From Thermoplasmata archaeon (GTDB lineage Archaea > Thermoplasmatota > Thermoplasmata > GCA-020350865), in NCBI GenBank assembly GCA_020348445.1, contig CP070751.1, positions 3,875,765-3,939,764 on the forward strand: DNA of 64,000 nt. Direction: 5' to 3'. Below are positions 57,906-64,000 of the stretch, in pieces. The notes under the pieces are model-generated. The model searched no databases. It was not told where the DNA came from and saw only the letters and a program-made list of their open reading frames with translations. Positions within the stretch are counted from its first letter, which is position 1. Each line of letters starts with the position of its first letter. Position numbers and translations under genes: made by a program.

Positions 57906-58072
57906 GGGTCCAGAGATAAAGAGGGAAGTAGATTATTATTTATTTTCAATTGACTTGCCTCGAGATCTATGGGCCCGAATTATATTATTTTCCAATTTGA
58001 GGGGGCATAGACAAAGAGGAAAGTAGGTCACATTTTTCTTCCATTCAACTTTCCTTGGGTGTCTATTAGCCC
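57906..58072. repeat. Two upstream hairpin modules of tRNA-Ala(CGC)
   Basis: GATCTATGGGCCCGAAT repeated 95 bp later (GGGCCC ends 57976); decayed copy ends 58072 (96 bp); inverted copy GGGTCCAGAGAT at 57906; inner stems GAGGGAAGT/ACTTGCCTC and GAGGAAAGT/ACTTTCCTT. Confidence 0.82.
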
Positions 58073-58101
58073 GATTAGTAGTTTTGGAAAAGTAAGAGGA
58101 A

Positions 58102-58109
58102 TATTAAAA
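58102..58109 (-). promoter_or_regulatory. Candidate TATA box for the tRNA-Ala cassette
   Basis: TTTTAATA on the minus strand 30-37 bp upstream of the outermost 5'-end copy. Confidence 0.35.
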
Positions 58110-58139
58110 TCTATCTCCTAATCAGCTGCTTATGCCCTT

Positions 58140-58853
58140 TTAGTCAACAACAATTTTCCCGCTTTCCATCTTTATTATCCCATGGGTCATCTCAGCGTTT
58201 TTCAAATCATGGGTTACTATAACAAATGTCTGCCCTTTCTCTTCATTCAAGCGCTTTAAAAGCTTCATTATTTCCATGCTGTTCTCACTGTCAAGATCCC
58301 CTGTAGGCTCGTCAGCCCACACAATTGCAGGCTGGTTCACCAATGCTCTAGCAATAGTAACGCGCTGCCTCTGACCCCCACTCAATTCTGCAGGTCTGTG
58401 ACCCTTCCAATTAGAAAGACCTACCTGGTCCAAGGCTTCAATTGCCTTCTGTCTGGCCTCATTTCTTTTGTATCCGCTGACAAGAAGAGGGATTTCCACG
58501 TTCTCCACTGCATTTAAAACAGGTAAAAGATTGTAAAATTGAAATATAAAACCCATTCTGTTAGCTCTGTGCTTTGCCTTTTCATTATCCGTCATTTCAG
58601 CCAAATTCTTTCCCTTCACCCATACTTCCCCCACCGTTACGTCATCCAGTCCAGAAAGGCAGTTGAGCAATGTGGTTTTTCCACACCCAGAGGGGCCCAT
58701 AATGGTTACCATCTCCCCCTTTTCGACATCTATATCAACCCCTCTGAGGGCATTTACCTTTATCTTTCCAGTTTCGTATGTTTTGTGGATGTTTTTACCG
58801 CTGATTATATAATCCAAATTACAACCCTCTTTCCTTCTTGATATAAACAACAA
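58140..58853 (-). CDS. LolD/MacB-type ABC transporter ATP-binding protein
   Basis: [39 protein letters not shown] and VTHD. Confidence 0.93.
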   Translation of the reverse strand: MLFISRRKEGCNLDYIISGKNIHKTYETGKIKVNALRGVDIDVEKGEMVTIMGPSGCGKTTLLNCLSGLDDVTVGEVWVKGKNLAEMTDNEKAKHRANRMGFIFQFYNLLPVLNAVENVEIPLLVSGYKRNEARQKAIEALDQVGLSNWKGHRPAELSGGQRQRVTIARALVNQPAIVWADEPTGDLDSENSMEIMKLLKRLNEEKGQTFVIVTHDLKNAEMTHGIIKMESGKIVVD

Positions 58854-58896
58854 TGGTATAAAAATATCTTGCTGTCCTTAAAGGTGATTTCAACTT

Positions 58897-60579
58897 TTAC
58901 CCAACCACCCCATAAACCTCTACTCCATTGGCCTCATAAAGCTTGACAAAAGGCCATTTCTCGAACTTTTCCCAGGCCTGGGTTCTCATGGGCTCTGCAT
59001 TTTCCCACTGCAATAAGGCCACGCCATCCTTGATATCGTCATCCAGAATTACATAATCAATGTGTTTTTCCCCGGAGGGCGTAGATATGTTGTCGATCTC
59101 ATCTTTGCATTCCTCATAAGAGGATCCATGTAAAGTATCAATGGCCGCGTCCCAAGTGGCATTCTGCCCGGCAAAACCGAATACCATGGAGCTCATCCTG
59201 TGGTCTGTAGCAACGGTGGCCCCATCCTCTAGGGAGTACTTCGCCCAGGCCACAGCTTGCATATCTTCCTCGCTTGTACCCTCCTGAAAGCCACCCATGA
59301 CCCCCCTCGGTGGATAGGCAGAAAGTGATGTAAGCCCTAAAAGAACAACAACTAAACCCACTGCCAGGGCTTTATTCTGCCTTCTTTCGCCCCAGTACAG
59401 ATATATCATCATGGCCACACCGATGCCTATTGCCAATGCCAATGGTGCCATGAAATACTGCGGATGTCTGTACGTGAATAAAACACGATTTGAGGTGACT
59501 ATTGCCACAAGTAGGGAAATCACCAGGGCAACGATCCATCCGTAGACTGATACTCCGTTTTTATATATCTTCAAGTAACCAGCACCTGCCGAGGTGAAGG
59601 CCAAGATGATAATGAGTGGGCTGAAGAGCAATGCAGTTTCTGGCGTTAAATTTATGTTCGTGCCCGGGACCTTAACCAACGCCATGTAGCCCAGCACGAA
59701 AAAAAGGATGCCCAACAAAATGATGTATAACACGATTTGTTTTCTGGGCTCTGGAAACTTGGATTTGAAACTCCAAGATATACGCCTTCTTAATACAATT
59801 AAAACATATACCAAAAATAAAACCACATAGCCCACAATGAATAGCACCCAGAAAGGTACATCAAAAGCAGAGGATACCACGCCTTCTGCAAATCTTGATG
59901 CTAAAATCATCCAATACAATACAAGAACCGTGAAAAAAAAGACAAGAAAGGCCCAATATAGTCTGAGCTGCTTTTTTTCTTGACAGCCCAGCATTCCTAC
60001 TAAAAAGAAACCCCCAAAGATCATTATAAACAAGAAATATGATGATAAGTGGTGGGTTATGATCAAGGCTATGGTACTCAAAATCAAAAGAGGGATGAAT
60101 TTATTATTCCGAAGAGAGGCTAAAAGAAATAGAAGAGATGAGAGAAGCAGCATATCTCCAAGTGAACCAGGCATTGGGTGGGATGTGGCAAAAACATGGG
60201 GCATTGCAACTGCCAAAAAGCCACTGGCCAGTAAGGCCGCACCATCATTTTTAAACAGCATCCTGGATATTATAAATACAATAAAAACAGAAATAGAAGC
60301 TACAACCGGGATAATTACTATCATGGCAAATAGAAGGTCCAATCCTGTTAGGAAATGGGCAGCACCTGTAAAATAGAACATGCCTGGAAAGTATGGATAG
60401 CCAAATCCCCAGCCATCGTAATCTGTGGAAACATAGCCATCTGATATGAGCTGATTGGTTATACTGTAATATTCACCAGCATCCGAGCCCCATATTGCAT
60501 ACCGTGTTAGAGGGAAAAGCCGCATAAATACAGCAAGGAAAAAGATCACAATCAGGGACAGCAATACCCATTTCTTCAT
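58897..60579 (-). CDS. Polytopic membrane protein, putative GT-C fold glycosyltransferase
   Basis: About 13 TM helices; first loop WGSD.GEYY; YPYFPG and HH.S motifs; soluble C-terminal domain. Confidence 0.6.
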   Translation of the reverse strand: MKKWVLLSLIVIFFLAVFMRLFPLTRYAIWGSDAGEYYSITNQLISDGYVSTDYDGWGFGYPYFPGMFYFTGAAHFLTGLDLLFAMIVIIPVVASISVFIVFIISRMLFKNDGAALLASGFLAVAMPHVFATSHPMPGSLGDMLLLSSLLFLLASLRNNKFIPLLILSTIALIITHHLSSYFLFIMIFGGFFLVGMLGCQEKKQLRLYWAFLVFFFTVLVLYWMILASRFAEGVVSSAFDVPFWVLFIVGYVVLFLVYVLIVLRRRISWSFKSKFPEPRKQIVLYIILLGILFFVLGYMALVKVPGTNINLTPETALLFSPLIIILAFTSAGAGYLKIYKNGVSVYGWIVALVISLLVAIVTSNRVLFTYRHPQYFMAPLALAIGIGVAMMIYLYWGERRQNKALAVGLVVVLLGLTSLSAYPPRGVMGGFQEGTSEEDMQAVAWAKYSLEDGATVATDHRMSSMVFGFAGQNATWDAAIDTLHGSSYEECKDEIDNISTPSGEKHIDYVILDDDIKDGVALLQWENAEPMRTQAWEKFEKWPFVKLYEANGVEVYGVVG

Positions 60580-60860
60580 ATCAATCCATTTCCCCTAATA
60601 CAACCCCTGATTTAATATTTTAGGTATGTCAGAGACAATTACTGGTTTGAGGTATTTCTCCTTTCTTGATAATGGAATATCAATAGATGAGAATATTTTT
60701 TAGGGTGGGAGGAGGGGGTTGGGTGGAGGGAGTAGGTACGTTGGTGAAGAGAATAGAAGGACAAAAGAAGGGTAATCTGGCAGAAATAGCCTCAATTCCC
60801 ACACCGAAACGATATTATATATTAGACAACAATTAGAGAGCCTGTGTGGAGGCACAAAAT

Positions 60861-63800
60861 ATGAAGATTACAGTTGCTCTGCTCATTGCCATTTCCTTGA
60901 TTACAATATCCTTTAATGTATCTGCTCCGTCTCCTGATAACTCCTCGAATGCAGGATATTCCGACGATGTCCCTGAGTGGGGATACACCGAGGGTGTGTC
61001 ATGGAAACCTGTTGTACCAATAAAAAATGCCATCTTCGTGAATTATGACGGAGAGAGCTACCTTGATGATTTTGCATACCTGGCTTCTGTGCCTGCCGCT
61101 GTTTTCTATTCCAAATCAAAGGACCAGATATTTTCCAGCCCCCTTCTTTACTATCAAAGACCAAAGGATATGCCTGACGAGGAGAAGGTGATGAATGCCG
61201 CCTCTGGAGTGGACTATTTCTTGGAGGATTGGCTTGCTTACAGCGATGGTTCCTTTGACAATCTTCAGTTTATCAACATCCCGCAAGAGGATAGGGAAAC
61301 TCTGAAGGGCAAGTGGGCAGCTAGCGATTACAAGGATATCCAAAGGGATGATCCCATCAAAATCGCAAAAGATATTGCACTTTACAATTGGGAATATTCA
61401 GATGCCGCCGTGGTTGCAGTTATAGATGATTCATACAAAGATATCGATGAGATTACTAGTAATTCTGTAACGGGCTCCGTACCGGGCTCTTTAGATATCA
61501 TAGTCGATGTTATCGAGGGTTCAAAAGAGCCTGATCCCGTCACACCTACTTTCCACTATTTCAATATCGATGATGGATACAAATACATTACCTCGTATAT
61601 GGAATGGTACGGCCCATCTGGCCTTGATGTCATCAATGATCTCACACAAAGGGGCAAGGACCCAGACCTGCAGTTGTACTCAGACAAGTTAGGTGAGGTG
61701 GCTGCATCAGAGAACTGGAACGTATTGTCTGGCGCGTCAGAATATATCGGCAGTTACATCTATCATCACGGGAAGTGGGCCTCAGCAGTAACCTACATGC
61801 CCACCGAGAGCATGGGGCCCTCCTGGGATTCAAATACTGCTATAGCTCATGGGACCAGAGGACCTCTTGACGAGGCTACCTATGAAATCACCAACACCCT
61901 ATATCCCGGGGTTGACCTTGAATTGCCAGATGAATCGCCTTTCTATTGCAGACAGGCTACATTCAAACTCACTTGGGATGACAGCAATGTAAATTTGGGA
62001 TTGATAGTCAGGGGACCTTCAGGTGCGGAGATTGAAAAGAACATAGGGCCAGACAAGCCAAAGGAAATCGAGCTCATGGAACTTGGTGAAGGCGCTTATT
62101 CTATTTCTGTTGTTAGATTGACGGATTCCTCCTCTGATGTTGGTTTTTCTGTGGATTACTCATGGCATCAGAAAAAAGAAAAAATCGAAGGCGATAACCT
62201 GGCAAGCGCTACCCAGGGAGCTGTTTTGGCCTCCATTACCAATTCACCTTTGCTTTTTGCAGAAGGAAAGAATTTACCTTCCACAACCAAGGATGCCCTG
62301 GACACTTTAGGTGTGACAAAGGTATATCTGGTAGACCTAGGTGGCCATAGCAAGGGCAAGGTAAAAGAAGCCCTGAAAAATGCAAGATCCCTTCTTCAGC
62401 CAAAAATCAGCGTGGATGAGTACACCAGATACGAGAAAATCTACAAGAAGATACAGGATATTTCAAAACAGTACGATATAGTCTTTTCCACCATCAATCC
62501 TTGGACATATTGGGACATTGGAGTTGGTCCCAAAGGTGAGGAGAAAGGAGGGCTCTTTGTAGGCCCTGCTGCCTATGCTGCAGCACATCATGGCTGCCCT
62601 GTCTTTATAACTGATGTGCATCCCGAGCTCTCATCTGCAAATGCATGGCACAATCATTTCTGGAAGAACGCCTATTTGGGCAGGCTTCCGCCATCAGTGG
62701 GTTGTATGGTGCTCACAGGCCAGCAGGTCTACAATTTTCTTGGAAAAATGGGATTCGACAGCAACGGCCTGAACAATATGGAATCCATGCTCACTGTGGC
62801 CGGGCAATTCGATATCGGCACGAGCTGGGACAGGGTGTTCGTTGGTGCAGCAATTCCTGGAAGGATCATGGGCACACCTGTGGATACTGCATATTGGGTG
62901 GGAAGAAGCGCCTTATATCAGGCTGCGATATTCGCCAATCCAGCCCTGGATGAGGCTGGAGTTACCATGACCACTGGTTCCTCTTCAATATTTTCCCACG
63001 GAGCCTTGGAGGTAGAGGCGGGTGGAGAAGTAAATGTGGAATATCCTGTGCTGCAGTCCTGGGTTTCCTATGATCATAAATTCAATGAGGAGGGCAGTGA
63101 ATATTGGGGTGTGGATTACACCTGCGCAGACGGAATCACTCCCTTTAGAACACCCTCTGATAATCCAATTGATGCTGATGGTCGATGGCCCGACATCACA
63201 ACATCAGAAGTTGTGCCCTACTATGCAGAGAAGGCGGGCTATTCCTCTGTTTTCAGCACAAATTTCGATATCACCATGGAGAACCTAAATCAGGGTGCCA
63301 TCATGTGGCTCGAAGTGATGCACGGGGGAAATCGTGATTCAGGAGTGGTCGGATTCTGGAATCCAGAGCAAATCGAGCCCAATCCCTGGAGATGTTATGA
63401 GGATGAGGGGAGCACCGCAAATCCAGATACAAAAAACATGGGTCCAACCACAGGTGCTGATTGGATAAAGAATCCTTTTGTGCAGGGACCCCATGATGGG
63501 GTCATAATATGCATATTGACACAGACGACGCAGACCGTGGGTAAGAACGGCTATGATTTTGACGAGGCCCTAGAGAATCTGCATTCCATGGGATTTTCAG
63601 CCGGCTCTTGTCTCATTGCCAATACGTTCCTACATTTATCCATGGTCAGGCACGGCTCCGTTTTCCAGATCATAGACCCATGGCTCACATCCTGGTACTG
63701 CGGCTTTGCAATCCAGACCTTTGTTCGGGATATAGCTCTGGGTTACACTGTAGGCGAGGCGTACGAGAGGGGAATCAAGCATGTGGGTATTCAATATCTC

Positions 63801-64000
63801 ACAGGCCAATGGTGGTGGGACATCTACGAAAATGTGGTATACTACGGAGATCCGGATTTAACAGTCTGGTCACCAAAGTACGCCTGGGAGGAGCCTCCAC
63901 CGCTACCCGCCGGATCAGTAATTGACGGCCACTCACCTTTTGGGGCAAGAGGCCATCCACATGCCATACAGTCCATGTTGCTTTGGGAGATTTTGCTATT
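60861..64000 (+). CDS. Large secreted protein (>1046 aa, runs off the window end) with C25/clan CD-like peptidase motifs
   Basis: Not in ORF track because no stop lies in the window. Manually translated with no in-frame stop; GGAGG RBS at 60848; signal peptide; cell-wall-binding-2-like SATQGAVLASITNSPLLF; MHGG (His codon 63321), AGSCL (Cys codon 63609), YYGDP (about 63840). Confidence 0.8.
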   Translation, partial: MKITVALLIAISLITISFNVSAPSPDNSSNAGYSDDVPEWGYTEGVSWKPVVPIKNAIFVNYDGESYLDDFAYLASVPAAVFYSKSKDQIFSSPLLYYQRPKDMPDEEKVMNAASGVDYFLEDWLAYSDGSFDNLQFINIPQEDRETLKGKWAASDYKDIQRDDPIKIAKDIALYNWEYSDAAVVAVIDDSYKDIDEITSNSVTGSVPGSLDIIVDVIEGSKEPDPVTPTFHYFNIDDGYKYITSYMEWYGPSGLDVINDLTQRGKDPDLQLYSDKLGEVAASENWNVLSGASEYIGSYIYHHGKWASAVTYMPTESMGPSWDSNTAIAHGTRGPLDEATYEITNTLYPGVDLELPDESPFYCRQATFKLTWDDSNVNLGLIVRGPSGAEIEKNIGPDKPKEIELMELGEGAYSISVVRLTDSSSDVGFSVDYSWHQKKEKIEGDNLASATQGAVLASITNSPLLFAEGKNLPSTTKDALDTLGVTKVYLVDLGGHSKGKVKEALKNARSLLQPKISVDEYTRYEKIYKKIQDISKQYDIVFSTINPWTYWDIGVGPKGEEKGGLFVGPAAYAAAHHGCPVFITDVHPELSSANAWHNHFWKNAYLGRLPPSVGCMVLTGQQVYNFLGKMGFDSNGLNNMESMLTVAGQFDIGTSWDRVFVGAAIPGRIMGTPVDTAYWVGRSALYQAAIFANPALDEAGVTMTTGSSSIFSHGALEVEAGGEVNVEYPVLQSWVSYDHKFNEEGSEYWGVDYTCADGITPFRTPSDNPIDADGRWPDITTSEVVPYYAEKAGYSSVFSTNFDITMENLNQGAIMWLEVMHGGNRDSGVVGFWNPEQIEPNPWRCYEDEGSTANPDTKNMGPTTGADWIKNPFVQGPHDGVIICILTQTTQTVGKNGYDFDEALENLHSMGFSAGSCLIANTFLHLSMVRHGSVFQIIDPWLTSWYCGFAIQTFVRDIALGYTVGEAYERGIKHVGIQYLTGQWWWDIYENVVYYGDPDLTVWSPKYAWEEPPPLPAGSVIDGHSPFGARGHPHAIQSMLLWEILL

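Noticed and set aside
44-63925. Numerous antisense and alternative-frame ORFs in the track (e.g. 488-736, 10482-11072, 25602-26192, 35858-36355, 56724-57197, and all short ORFs after 60833)
   Set aside because: They shadow well-supported genes and show no motifs or RBS.

Overview
Chromosomal DNA from an archaeon, most likely Thermoplasmatota. Archaeal markers include class I LysRS, PurP, exosome Csl4, archaeosine TGT, AMP phosphorylase/R15P isomerase, GGGP and DGGGP synthases and a DUF6015-like protein. The window holds about 58 CDSs: housekeeping, purine and H4folate C1 genes (fhs, purP, purH, acsE-like, ftcD), peptidases, large secreted/surface proteins and a ~17-kb surface-glycan cluster (40503-57092). 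There are four tRNA genes, all on the minus strand: Gln-CTG, Gln-TTG, Gln-CTG and Ala-CGC. No integrase, transposase, cas gene or CRISPR array was seen. Two things stand out. (1) Every tRNA gene is bracketed on BOTH sides by ~95-bp-periodic, ~66-73-nt hairpin modules built from direct and inverted copies of that tRNA's own ends; inner stems covary and loop motifs are shared between loci 34-37 kb apart. I do not recognise this architecture as a described element. (2) A bacterial-type glutaminyl-tRNA synthetase, an enzyme classically absent from archaea, sits between three tRNA-Gln genes; two are a recent duplicate pair with a G73 discriminator, a GlnRS identity element in E. coli. Four real-looking CDSs missing from the ORF track were also found: a tgtA N-terminus, two 55-aa proteins and a >1046-aa secreted C25-like protease running off the end. 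All family assignments come from motif recognition by eye; no database searches were run.
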